Source: Candidatus Levyibacteriota bacterium (lineage in GTDB: Bacteria; Patescibacteriota; Microgenomatia; Levybacterales; UBA12049). Taken from it: 64,000 nt of DNA. Shown here piece by piece: positions 19,633 through 28,768 of the stretch. Under the pieces are notes generated by a model, which saw only the letters and a list, made by a program, of their open reading frames with translations, was not told the origin of the DNA and made no database searches. Within the stretch, counting starts at the first letter, position 1; each line of letters opens with the position of its first letter. Both the position numbers and the translations under genes were made by a program. The stretch lies in NCBI GenBank assembly GCA_003152105.1, contig PLZJ01000002.1:753713-817712 (forward strand), read 5' to 3'.

Positions 19633-20679
19633 CTATGCTTCAGCTAATTTATTCTTAAAATAATCTACCCAAGGATTTATCGCAGGGTTTTGATTATAAT
19701 ATAAGGCCAAATAGAGCGTAACATAACTTCCATAAAGTAACATTTCAAAAAAATCATCATACATTGATGCACCTGAGGTTTCGTATTCTTCAATCGTTCT
19801 TTTGTTTTGCTTAACCACTTCAGTTGTAAGTTTTACCCTTTTTTGTATTTTAGGAGAATAATTTGGAGAAAAAAAGGAGATAAATGCCAAAGGAGCTTCT
19901 GTTGGAAAAAGTAATCCCTCCATTAAATGGTGATTTAAATCTGGAATTAGATAGAAAGCAGAAAATGATTTACTTGTTTCATTAAATTGATTTCTAAATA
20001 TCTGCGCGTTTCCCGCTAAATGTTCCGCTGCAAAAATTACTGGAATTTTATTAATATATTTTTGGTAATCTTTTCGTGCATTTTCTCGAATTGAAAGTTG
20101 ATTCTGAGAAAGTCTTTTTAACGCATCTTCTAATTCTTGTTCTTCCAAAGAAAGTATTCCCGTCTTATCTATAAGTCCAAGCAATCCTAAAATAGTATAT
20201 CCCGCACCAAGTCTTGGAGTACCCGAAGGATTTAGTTTTCCATCAAAAATATATGCAGTGATATTATGTTTTTTCGCAAATTCTGCAAGTTCTCCTCCTT
20301 TTGTTAAAATTACCATTTTTGCTTGTTTTGACAATGCCTCTTCTGCACAAGATAATACCTCTTCAGTAGACCCTGAATAACTAGTTAGAACAACAAGCGT
20401 TTGATGATTAACATATTCAGGCAAGTGGTAATCTGAAATTACCTCAGAAGGATATTTCATAAATTTACCCTGTAAAGCTTTTAAAACTAAAGCCCCATAT
20501 ATTGAAGCTCCCATGCCACAAAAAACAATATTTTTAATATCTGAGAATTTATGCGTAACAGTGACTTCATTCACTTCTTTCCATGCTTGTTCTAATTGTT
20601 TTACTAAGTTTTCAGTTGAAAGAACGGTATTTTGAGGATCAATTTTTTGGAGTTCTTCTTTATTATCAAAATCTATCAT
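19633..20679 (-). CDS. Bifunctional phosphoglucose/phosphomannose isomerase (SIS domains)
   Basis: CGMGASIYG, SYSGSTEEVL, TKGGEL, PRLG, QFNETSK, PDLNHH. Confidence 0.9.
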   Translation of the reverse strand: MIDFDNKEELQKIDPQNTVLSTENLVKQLEQAWKEVNEVTVTHKFSDIKNIVFCGMGASIYGALVLKALQGKFMKYPSEVISDYHLPEYVNHQTLVVLTSYSGSTEEVLSCAEEALSKQAKMVILTKGGELAEFAKKHNITAYIFDGKLNPSGTPRLGAGYTILGLLGLIDKTGILSLEEQELEDALKRLSQNQLSIRENARKDYQKYINKIPVIFAAEHLAGNAQIFRNQFNETSKSFSAFYLIPDLNHHLMEGLLFPTEAPLAFISFFSPNYSPKIQKRVKLTTEVVKQNKRTIEEYETSGASMYDDFFEMLLYGSYVTLYLALYYNQNPAINPWVDYFKNKLAEA

Positions 20680-20683
20680 TTAC

Positions 20684-21118
20684 TTATACTTCCTTTCGTT
20701 CTAATTTTCTTTGCGCTTCTGTTTCATCAGGACGATTAAAATCATCTTCCAATCGCATCGTTGTACCAATTTCTGGCGTAGACACTTCAACTATATCACA
20801 ATCCGTAACTGCAATATGTCTATGTTTTTGCCCTACGATTGTCGTATATCCTCTTCCTTTTTCCATATGTAATGTTATTAGATTTTTTTCTTTGTTTTCA
20901 ATAATAAGATCACACTCTCCATTTAACAACCAATATGATTCTTGTTTTTTATCATGAACTTGTAAAGATAGACGTGCGCCTTTGTTAATATGAAGAATTT
21001 TCCCCATATAAGGAAGTCCTTCTGGAACCCAATGAAGTTCATAACCCCAAGGTTTATCAATTTTTTTAACATATGAAGAGGTAGAAAACGTTGAAGAATC
21101 AAAGGTTGAAAAATCCAT
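20684..21118 (-). CDS. Cupin protein (mannose-6-phosphate isomerase type II-like)
   Basis: KPWGYE, KILHINKGARLSLQVH.KK.E, HR, EVSTP...RLEDD. Confidence 0.85.
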   Translation of the reverse strand: MDFSTFDSSTFSTSSYVKKIDKPWGYELHWVPEGLPYMGKILHINKGARLSLQVHDKKQESYWLLNGECDLIIENKEKNLITLHMEKGRGYTTIVGQKHRHIAVTDCDIVEVSTPEIGTTMRLEDDFNRPDETEAQRKLERKEV

Positions 21119-21124
21119 AAATAG

Positions 21125-22507
21125 TTATTTTGCCACGTTTGTAATCTGATCTTTTAAAATTTTTACTTTTTCATCTAGAACATTCTTATCTAATGCTTCA
21201 ACATTTAAACGAAGTAATGGTTCAGTGTTAGAAGTTCTCATATTAAATCTCCAGTTATTATAACTAATTGAAATACCATCAATTTCTGATAACTCACCAT
21301 CTTTGTAGATATTTTTTATTGTTTCAAGTATTTCGTTAGCATTTGTGACTTTAAAGTTAGTTTCACCTGACTCGAAAGATCTTCTCACTTCTTCGACAAG
21401 CTCAGACAACGTCTTACCTTCTTCACTCAATACTTTTAAGACAGTAAGTATTATAGGTAGTTGTGACTCAGCATTTCCTGTATCTCGAAAAAAATAGTGA
21501 CCTGAGGATTCTCCTGCAAAGATACCTCCAGAAGCATTTAATGCCTCAGTGATAAAAGCATGACCTACTTTTGTAATAAGCGACTTACCCTTATTTTCTT
21601 CCACAATTTTTGAAGGAGTTAAAATATATCTAATATCAAAAAGTATTGTTTCACCTGGATTGTTTTTTAAAAATTCACGTGCAACTAGTGCAGTTATCAT
21701 TGATGCTGATACTACTTGGCCCTTTTCGTCAATAAAAAATAATCTATCGCCATCTCCATCTGGAGCTAAACCAAGATCAGCTTTTTCCTCAATTACTCTG
21801 TTTTGCAAACTCTCTAAATTAGTAAAATCTAATGGATCTGGTTGATGAGCTGGAAAATTTCCGTCTAAGTCAAAATTCATTTTGATAAGTGTTGCTGATA
21901 CAGCGTTAAATAATGCTTCGATATATGTTGCTCCCATGGCATTTGCGGGATCTGCAACTATCTTAAAATTTTTAATTGTTGGGTTGTTTAGCATTTGTAA
22001 ACTACTTTTCACTTCATCTGGCAAAATATTATTTTTTGGCGTTAATAATCCTTTATATTTTGGAGTATAAGTTATAGTTTTTTGTGACATTTCCTTAATC
22101 ATATCCATACCAGTTGATTTGCCAATTTTAATTAGTCCTTTTGGACTATTTATTACAAACTTTAACCCATTCCACTGCGGAGGATTATGAGACGCAGTAA
22201 TTTGAATTCCACAATCATAATGGTAATGTGAAACAGTGTAGTAAAATGAAGGAGTTGATAATTTACCAGTATCTATAACTTCTGCACCAAGATCAACTAA
22301 TGTCTTTTTAGCTACAGCAAATAATGAATCTCCTGATAGCCTCATGTCATAACTTAACACGACCTTTAATTGCCTATCATTTGAAATTTTTTCAGTAAAG
22401 AAAACGTAGATTGCCTTTATAACTATTGCAATATTTTCTTCATTAATATCTGTTGGATAAATGCCACGAATATCGTATGCTTTAAAGATTTGTGAATTTA
22501 TTTGCAT
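21125..22507 (-). CDS. manB: Phosphomannomutase/phosphoglucomutase
   Basis: FKAYDIRG, ITASHNPP, DGDGDR, GESSGH, R.SNTEPLLRLN.E. Confidence 0.95.
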   Translation of the reverse strand: MQINSQIFKAYDIRGIYPTDINEENIAIVIKAIYVFFTEKISNDRQLKVVLSYDMRLSGDSLFAVAKKTLVDLGAEVIDTGKLSTPSFYYTVSHYHYDCGIQITASHNPPQWNGLKFVINSPKGLIKIGKSTGMDMIKEMSQKTITYTPKYKGLLTPKNNILPDEVKSSLQMLNNPTIKNFKIVADPANAMGATYIEALFNAVSATLIKMNFDLDGNFPAHQPDPLDFTNLESLQNRVIEEKADLGLAPDGDGDRLFFIDEKGQVVSASMITALVAREFLKNNPGETILFDIRYILTPSKIVEENKGKSLITKVGHAFITEALNASGGIFAGESSGHYFFRDTGNAESQLPIILTVLKVLSEEGKTLSELVEEVRRSFESGETNFKVTNANEILETIKNIYKDGELSEIDGISISYNNWRFNMRTSNTEPLLRLNVEALDKNVLDEKVKILKDQITNVAK

Positions 22508-22516
22508 TTAGTAATC

Positions 22517-23212
22517 TTAGAACTCGAGCAAAAAAAAGTCAAGGCTCTCCAACAAAGGGAGGGGAAGATTGCCAGTCTTTTGAGCTACATCAAGCAAAAA
22601 TAATTTTGCATATACTTTTTTTAATAGGCTCTCTGAAAGATTTTGTGAAATTGTTTGAATTTTTTTTGTTTGCCAAGGTGCTAACCGTAATAATTCATCA
22701 ATTTTTTTGGCATCTTGCTGTTTAGAAGAAAGCAGAAGTCTCACTTGTCGAATTAGCATAAAAAATATAAATTCAACTTCACTATTTTGCATTGCTTTGT
22801 GAAAAAGCTTTATTCTATCATTAGTAGATGCTGAGAATAGTGAATCTATAAACGCAAAAATATCCATTGGTAAAGGATAATGTGTAACTTGTGCTCCTTT
22901 TATAAGTTTTAGCTGAACAGAAGTTAATTGTTTTCCTTCCCAGAAATTAACAGTTACAGATTTTGGAGCATTTGTTACGTAGCTTATAATATCTTTACTT
23001 TCACTACTTGTGGCTTTTTTCTTTGTAAAAAAATCATCTATAAAGACAGCAACACTCGAAGCAAATAAAGAACCACCTTCCATTAGTTGCTTTAATTCTG
23101 TAAGTGTTATTGTATCTGCTTGTAAAACATAAAAATTTTTAAATTGAGTCTTTAGACTATTGTAGTAAGCTCGAGATGCAACAATATCTTCTCCGTGAAT
23201 TATAGTAATCAT
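22517..23212 (-). CDS. holA: DNA polymerase III delta subunit (short form)
   Basis: IIHGED N-terminus, GGSLF, IFAFID, MLIRQVRLL, PWQ..K, LDVAQKTG. Confidence 0.75.
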   Translation of the reverse strand: MITIIHGEDIVASRAYYNSLKTQFKNFYVLQADTITLTELKQLMEGGSLFASSVAVFIDDFFTKKKATSSESKDIISYVTNAPKSVTVNFWEGKQLTSVQLKLIKGAQVTHYPLPMDIFAFIDSLFSASTNDRIKLFHKAMQNSEVEFIFFMLIRQVRLLLSSKQQDAKKIDELLRLAPWQTKKIQTISQNLSESLLKKVYAKLFLLDVAQKTGNLPLPLLESLDFFLLEF

Positions 23213-23215
23213 ATA

Positions 23216-23617
23216 TTAGCCTTTTTGCTTTTTGTATTGTTTAAAGAGTTGATTCGCTAAGCTGCCTAAGTGCCTACTTCGTGTGTTGTGTGGAAGTAGT
23301 GCGCCTGAAAAATTTTTAGGAATATGAAGCAATTCATGTATAAGAACTTTTTGCTTTTCGTCACTTGTTAGTTTATCAAAATGTTTTGATAATACCTCAA
23401 TAACATATGCTGGTTCAATCTGTAGGGCGTGTTGAAATATCTTTGGAAATGACCAAATTCTTGCATAAGCTCTGGCCTTAGAACCATCTGTTCTATAACA
23501 ATATAGCTTTGTACTATCGATATAGGGAAGATCTATTACACCCAATATTTCAACAATATCATTTTTAACATCTTCAGCTTCGCTCCATTCGAGTTTAAGT
23601 GACTTCTTTTTAGGCAT
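23216..23617 (-). CDS. Putative zinc metallopeptidase
   Basis: AYARIW, YVIEV.S..FD.L...Q.KVLIHELLHIP (HExxH). Confidence 0.85.
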   Translation of the reverse strand: MPKKKSLKLEWSEAEDVKNDIVEILGVIDLPYIDSTKLYCYRTDGSKARAYARIWSFPKIFQHALQIEPAYVIEVLSKHFDKLTSDEKQKVLIHELLHIPKNFSGALLPHNTRSRHLGSLANQLFKQYKKQKG

Positions 23618-23620
23618 AAA

Positions 23621-24145
23621 TTAGGTATGTTTATCAGCTATATTCGAAGCACCATATGCAAAAGGTTTTGTTTTTGCAACATAACCACTTCCAGTTACCA
23701 TTCCAACTACTTCCTTAATCATAGATCTTGTTTCACCATGCTCGCCAACATCAATATGAATTTCCAAGTTATATTTTGGCATTTTCCCATTTAGCGATTT
23801 TTGCAGTATTGGCACAAATACTGAGGCAAATTCTAATGAAGTAGAAGTTTCTTCGTACACTTTTTGACGAAGTGTATGAATATCACTTGCAAACTTTCTT
23901 TTCCAAAAATATCTACCTCCATACCCACGTCTATAAACAACAAGTGCAGTTACTAGATGAATTTGTTTTTTTCCTGTTGATTGATGAATTCTTTCTTGAG
24001 AATCAGTTCCAATAACTAAGCTATATGTTGCACTTGGATCTTCTTCTAAAAATGATTTAATATGGGAAACAATATCACTTGTTAAAACCTTTCCGTGTGT
24101 TAAACTCTCGAACTCTTCTTCTATTATGTTAGTTGTTTTATTCAT
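23621..24145 (-). CDS. YkuK/DUF458 RNase H-like protein
   Basis: IGTDSQ, G.GGRYF, LRQKVYEE...SL, LEIHIDVG..G.T...IKEVVG, KP.AYGAS..AD; ATG 24145 avoids overlap with the upstream gene. Confidence 0.88.
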   Translation of the reverse strand: MNKTTNIIEEEFESLTHGKVLTSDIVSHIKSFLEEDPSATYSLVIGTDSQERIHQSTGKKQIHLVTALVVYRRGYGGRYFWKRKFASDIHTLRQKVYEETSTSLEFASVFVPILQKSLNGKMPKYNLEIHIDVGEHGETRSMIKEVVGMVTGSGYVAKTKPFAYGASNIADKHT

Positions 24146-24147
24146 AT

Positions 24148-25299
24148 TTATATATGCAATAGCCATTTTAACATTGTTTTAACATTTTTTGGAACAGTAA
24201 GGATAAGTGAATGGGAATTTTCATTGTTATTAAAGTTTTCAACTGGAAGACTACTTGCTTTTACTGATATGCCAAGTACTTCTTTTTTTCCTATTACAGG
24301 GTTCCCTTTAATTTTAATATAACTCTTTATTGTAGTATATACAGGAGTTGGATTGTGCGAACTGTCCATCAAAGACAAATCTGCAAACGGACTACCACTT
24401 CCTTGCAACAAAAAAGGAGTTATTGCAACAATACTTGGATCAGTCCATACAGAAGAAAACGCAGTTTGATAATAAGAAGAAATAGTTGCGTTACTAAGTA
24501 TTTTGTTTGACCATCCGGTTTCGGTTATAAAAATAGGAAGTTGCTTATTACTCATCTGCGCTGCTAATTGCTGCTCAAAGCGATAACTTGCAATACTTTC
24601 ACCATCTTGTTTTTGAGGAGAAGCTGAAAATGCAGGATTTGGATATGAATGACTAGCAATGCCATCAATTTGATTAAAAATACCAGGAACAGCATCGTTC
24701 ATAGCTTTCATATAATCAAATTCATCCATTGAGTCAGTCCCATTTGTAATTGCCGCGTTATCAAATCCAGCTGATATAATAAAAAAATCAGGATTTTTTG
24801 ACTTAAATACATTTACTGCGTAACTGAGAAGCGTTGCATATTCTCCAGGGTTTGGTGTTCCCCCCCATTCATCACCTCGATTAGGCTCATTAAAAATGAT
24901 TACATATCTATTTTTTGTAGGCCAGTTTAATGAATTTAAAAAGTTTGCAAAATCTTGAATATCCAAATAGGTAGGCTTTCTCCAAACAGTAGTGTTAAAA
25001 TAGTCATCATCTGTTGATATTCTAACAATTGGAATAATATGCATTTTAGCTGCATCATCCATGAATTTTTGCCAAATTACCAAATCTTTATTTCCAGCTT
25101 GAATTGGGATAGTTACGTACCCCCAATCTCCACCTGAAGAATTTACTAAATCGCTTGCTTGAGATATTTCAGTAGGAAAAAGTATATGTACACCAATCTT
25201 ATTATTTGGTTTATCCAAAGGATTTACTATAGCAAAACAATTACCAGTAAACAAAATAGTGCACAAAAAGAAAATGGTTAGAAATGTTAGTAATTTCAT
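24148..25299 (-). CDS. Secreted clan GH-A glycoside hydrolase (GH5/GH39-like)
   Basis: Signal peptide MKLLTFLTIFFLC...CFA; IFNEPN (acid/base), SHSYP, FITETGW (nucleophile). Confidence 0.85.
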   Translation of the reverse strand: MKLLTFLTIFFLCTILFTGNCFAIVNPLDKPNNKIGVHILFPTEISQASDLVNSSGGDWGYVTIPIQAGNKDLVIWQKFMDDAAKMHIIPIVRISTDDDYFNTTVWRKPTYLDIQDFANFLNSLNWPTKNRYVIIFNEPNRGDEWGGTPNPGEYATLLSYAVNVFKSKNPDFFIISAGFDNAAITNGTDSMDEFDYMKAMNDAVPGIFNQIDGIASHSYPNPAFSASPQKQDGESIASYRFEQQLAAQMSNKQLPIFITETGWSNKILSNATISSYYQTAFSSVWTDPSIVAITPFLLQGSGSPFADLSLMDSSHNPTPVYTTIKSYIKIKGNPVIGKKEVLGISVKASSLPVENFNNNENSHSLILTVPKNVKTMLKWLLHI

Positions 25300-25306
25300 A
25301 GTGGTC

Positions 25307-26491
25307 TCAAACAACTATACCAAGTGTCTCAAGGCATGACTTAACAAGCGCAACATTTGTTAAAGACTCTGTAGTATTCGAGTCTGTTATGCGTGAACAA
25401 ATAGTTTTAATATATTCGAGCGCTAGAGGTAAGTTTAAGTCATTAAGTAAGATTTGGTCAAAATCATGTCTATTTATAGCAACAGCTTTTTTTGTACTAA
25501 ACTTAGAAAGAATAGATAGTATAGTATTAATTTCTAATGCAGCTTTTTCTAAATCTTCTTCCTGATAGGCAAATTCGTTTCTATACTTTTTACTAAGCAA
25601 ATACCATCGTAGTTGATTGCCAGTATATTTTTGTAATACATCTTTAATCAATATTAAATTTCCCAAAGATTTTGACATTTTATCTCCTTTATACATAACC
25701 ATTGCAGTATGCATCCAGACATTTACAAAAGGTGCATTATTCGTATAAGCTTCAGATTGAGCAATTTCACTTTCATGATGGGGAAATAGCAAGTCTCTAC
25801 CTCCTCCATGAATATCAATTTGATTTCCTAAATACTGTAATATAATTGCACTGCATTCTATATGCCATCCAGGCCTGCCTGGTCCGTATCTGCTTGGCCA
25901 ACTTGGTTCATTATGTTGGGATTTAAACCATAATACAAAATCAAGAGGATGTTTTTTGTTTAGATCTTGAGTATTATTTCCTCTTTCTTTTGAAAGCAAT
26001 AATAATTCCCTGTCTGAAAAATGATCTAAGATTCCATATACCTTGTGTTTTTGAGTATCAAAATAAACGAATCCGTTTTTTTCATAAGCGTAATTTGTTT
26101 CAACTAATTTTCCTATAATTTCGAGAATTTTTGGCATAACGTGAGTTGCCTTAATAAAGTCGTTTGGTCTTTGTACGTTTAACTCATCCATGTATTGCAA
26201 ATAATCATTTGTCCAATAAGTTGCTACTTCTTGCCACGTTTTATGTGTTTCATTTGCTTGTTTAATCACATCATCGCTATCATTAATGTCGGTTACGTTT
26301 TGTACATATTTTACGTTGTAGTCTAAATAACGTAAAAACCTAATTAAGACATCAAACGATACATAGGTAAATGCATGACCTAAATGAGCAGCATTATTTG
26401 GCGTAATACCACAAACATACATTGTTATACTTTTTTTACTTTGTGGCAAAAATTCTTCTACACTTCTAGTTCTTGCGTTATATAATTTCAT
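25307..26491 (-). CDS. Cysteinyl-tRNA-synthetase-like class I ligase, MshC-type, apparently lacking the anticodon-binding domain
   Basis: MYVCGITP...HLGH, YVQNVTD, GRPGWHIECS, DIHGGG.DL.FPHHE, KMSKS; only about 394 aa; start ATG 26491 lies 6 nt after TACAAT. Confidence 0.85.
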   Translation of the reverse strand: MKLYNARTRSVEEFLPQSKKSITMYVCGITPNNAAHLGHAFTYVSFDVLIRFLRYLDYNVKYVQNVTDINDSDDVIKQANETHKTWQEVATYWTNDYLQYMDELNVQRPNDFIKATHVMPKILEIIGKLVETNYAYEKNGFVYFDTQKHKVYGILDHFSDRELLLLSKERGNNTQDLNKKHPLDFVLWFKSQHNEPSWPSRYGPGRPGWHIECSAIILQYLGNQIDIHGGGRDLLFPHHESEIAQSEAYTNNAPFVNVWMHTAMVMYKGDKMSKSLGNLILIKDVLQKYTGNQLRWYLLSKKYRNEFAYQEEDLEKAALEINTILSILSKFSTKKAVAINRHDFDQILLNDLNLPLALEYIKTICSRITDSNTTESLTNVALVKSCLETLGIVV

Positions 26492-26583
26492 CAACATATT
26501 GTATAACAAATTGTAAAATTAGTGTAATTTATGCTTTAAAACTCATCATTGACTCTTACAACAATTTGTATTACGTTATCTAG

Positions 26584-26877
26584 GTGAGACCAATTGAAAG
26601 AAGGATAATGTCTGAATTAACAAGACGACGAGGAGAAATTTTTTTTCAATCTACTCGAAGCATACAATATACTTATGAAGAAGTTCCAGAAGAAACTACA
26701 ACGCAAACTGAGCCTTCGAGAAATGTTCAGTTGCAACTACCTAATTTTAACCAGGAGTTATACGATCAAAATAATACCTTAAGTGACCCCAACGGGAGTC
26801 GAACCCGTGTTGCCGGGATGAAAGCCCGGCGTCCTAGGCCACTAGACGATGGGGCCGCACTAGAACAAGTCTTGTAA
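26584..26877 (+). CDS. Hypothetical protein whose 3' part runs antisense through tRNA-Glu
   Basis: TTGACT-17-TACGTT exactly 6 nt before GTG 26584, matching the leaderless pattern; no recognisable homology. Confidence 0.45.
   Translation: MRPIERRIMSELTRRRGEIFFQSTRSIQYTYEEVPEETTTQTEPSRNVQLQLPNFNQELYDQNNTLSDPNGSRTRVAGMKARRPRPLDDGAALEQVL
26784..26856 (-). tRNA. tRNA-Glu(TTC), CCA not encoded
   Basis: Reverse strand GGCCCCATCGTCTAGTGGCCTAGGACGCCGGGCT-TTC-ATCCCGGCAACACGGGTTCGACTCCCGTTGGGGTCA; promoter TTGTTT-17-TATAAT at 26905-26877. Confidence 0.97.
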
Positions 26878-26902
26878 TTATACAGTAAATGCTAAGCGTA
26901 AA

Positions 26903-26931
26903 CAATAAAACCACCCTAAAAGTTAGGGTGG
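26903..26931 (-). terminator. Intrinsic terminator after the MscS-like gene
   Basis: 9-bp stem CCACCCTAA/TTAGGGTGG (26911-26931) followed on the minus strand by TTTTATTG. Confidence 0.85.
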
Positions 26932-26945
26932 AAATAGAAGCCTAT

Positions 26946-27683
26946 CTATTTTTTAGATGATCTCTGACCTGCTGTTTTATTCTCAGACTTAGTATGTAGC
27001 GTGGTATCACTTATATTTTTCTTTAAATTATCTAATAGCTCTGAAGCAGTTCTTTGACCACCAAGACCAAAAGCTATTCCTCCAGCAATCGCTATCATTG
27101 CTACAAATCCTTGAAATAATATTTTTATCAGATCTGAAGCTACATTTAATTGAGTTAAAACAACTAGTATGGTAAATATATTTACTGCATACTGCGTTGA
27201 TACTGCAAGCATTCGAGATGTATTACTAGATACTTCTTGCGTTGAAGCAAGCACAATATCATAGGCAAGTTTACCAAAAACGAATCCGACCAAACCGATA
27301 ATCACTGCAATAAACACATTTGGTAAATATAATAAAAACGAACGAAGGATAGTATCAACTTGTGATAAGCCCCATACTTCAGCTGTTGGCATCAAAAAGA
27401 CTATTATAATAAACCAACGGGATATTTCAGCTAAGATATTTGTCCAAGTAAGTTCACTTCTTGCTTGAGGAACATTATATCTTCGAAGAAATTTTTCAAT
27501 ATTTAATGCTTTTAATACGCCGACTATTATTTGCTTAACAATTGATGCAATGATAATACCGATTAGAAGAATAACTATTCCTGCGATAAAACGTGGAATA
27601 AATGTAACTAAAGCAAATAGGGCATTATTAAGAGAAGCTAGCAATATTTGTCCAATATTAGGTAAGTTAGTAGATGAGTACAT
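26946..27683 (-). CDS. MscS/CmpX-like membrane protein (conserved TM-helix repeats)
   Basis: Two repeats FIPRFIAGIVILLIG / YLPNVFIAVIIGLVG; AGGIAFGLGG; strong SD AAGGAGGTGA. Confidence 0.85.
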   Translation of the reverse strand: MYSSTNLPNIGQILLASLNNALFALVTFIPRFIAGIVILLIGIIIASIVKQIIVGVLKALNIEKFLRRYNVPQARSELTWTNILAEISRWFIIIVFLMPTAEVWGLSQVDTILRSFLLYLPNVFIAVIIGLVGFVFGKLAYDIVLASTQEVSSNTSRMLAVSTQYAVNIFTILVVLTQLNVASDLIKILFQGFVAMIAIAGGIAFGLGGQRTASELLDNLKKNISDTTLHTKSENKTAGQRSSKK

Positions 27684-27770
27684 TTAATTGTCACCTCCTT
27701 TCATACAAAGATACATTTGGACTGAATTTAAAGGCAGTTTCTACTGTAGTGTAAATAATATCTGTGCGTA

Positions 27771-27799
27771 TTGTCAATAGGAAGAATGATTGTTATAAT
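27771..27799 (+). promoter_or_regulatory. Promoter of tRNA-Lys(TTT)
   Basis: TTGTCA-17-TATAAT with extended TG. Confidence 0.7.
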
Positions 27800-27814
27800 T
27801 GTCATACGTTTTAT

Positions 27815-27886
27815 GGGCCGTTAGCTCAGCGGTAGAGCAGGAGCCTTTTAAGCTCTTGGTCGCAGGTTCGAATCCCGCACGGCTCA
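27815..27886 (+). tRNA. tRNA-Lys(TTT), CCA not encoded
   Basis: GGGCCGT/ACGGCTC+A acceptor; GGAGC-CT-TTT-AA-GCTCT; GGTTCGAATCC. Confidence 0.97.
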
Positions 27887-27977
27887 CATGAAAGTACAGA
27901 TTATTTTGTAGTTAATAAAGTTATTTATCTAAACTTAGTAGAAGCTATAAATAATGTGGTATTTTAAAAAATAGAAG

Positions 27978-28103
27978 TTACTGTTTTCTTTTGTGTTTAC
28001 TTTCTTTTAATTTAAGCATTTCCTTTTTAGCTTCTCTTCTTTTTTGAGTTTTGCGTGGATGTGATTTTTTCTTACTGCCAACTCCTGTATTTCTTTTTGC
28101 CAT
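27978..28103 (-). CDS. 41-aa Lys/Arg-rich small protein (absent from the ORF track)
   Basis: MAKRNTGVGSKKKSHPRKTQKRREAKKEMLKLKESKHKRKQ*; TATAAT (28115-28110) 6 nt before ATG. Confidence 0.65.
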   Translation of the reverse strand: MAKRNTGVGSKKKSHPRKTQKRREAKKEMLKLKESKHKRKQ

Positions 28104-28176
28104 ATTATAATTATACACTAATTTAGTTAATCTTGAAATCCTATAAATTTAATAGATTTCAATACATAAAAATAAA

Positions 28177-28743
28177 TTAATTAGGACTCATAATTAAATA
28201 ACCACCGATTCCGGTTGGTCCTAAATAATTGCCGCACACTCGTAACGCAGATGGATTAGCGTCTGGACATATGGCTCCAGGAGTAGGTTGTGTTTCTAAA
28301 CATGCTTTTAAACAGTAATGTGGATAATACGTATTTGAACCAATTACTATTGCTGGTCCATAACCAATATATTGATAAATATTATAATTGGTATTTAGTG
28401 GATCACATGGCATAGTTTGTAAATACACTATTCCATTTGCATCATGAAAACTGTTTCCAGTTCCACAATTATCAATATAAAAAAAACCACCTGATCCACT
28501 TTCATTAAAGTTACTCGCGCTAGGATATCCTTTATTTTGAGATCGAAATTCTTCCAGGGCATACTGAATTTTTGCTAAATCAGCTTTTCTTTGAGCATCT
28601 CTACCTTTTTCTAGTAAATATGGTGGGTTAATAATTACAATTGTGAACGTAGCTAAAATTCCAAGAATTGCGATTACAATAATAACTTCAACTAACGTAA
28701 ATCCAAGTTCTAATTTATTGTTAAAAAAATTTCCTGTTTTCAT
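28177..28743 (-). CDS. Type IV pilin / pseudopilin
   Basis: Class III signal G|FTLVEVIIVIAILGILA, RDAQRKADL..IQ.ALE.F, C-terminal Cys pairs. Confidence 0.92.
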   Translation of the reverse strand: MKTGNFFNNKLELGFTLVEVIIVIAILGILATFTIVIINPPYLLEKGRDAQRKADLAKIQYALEEFRSQNKGYPSASNFNESGSGGFFYIDNCGTGNSFHDANGIVYLQTMPCDPLNTNYNIYQYIGYGPAIVIGSNTYYPHYCLKACLETQPTPGAICPDANPSALRVCGNYLGPTGIGGYLIMSPN

Positions 28744-28768
28744 TTCTTAGTTTACTATGAACTATTTT

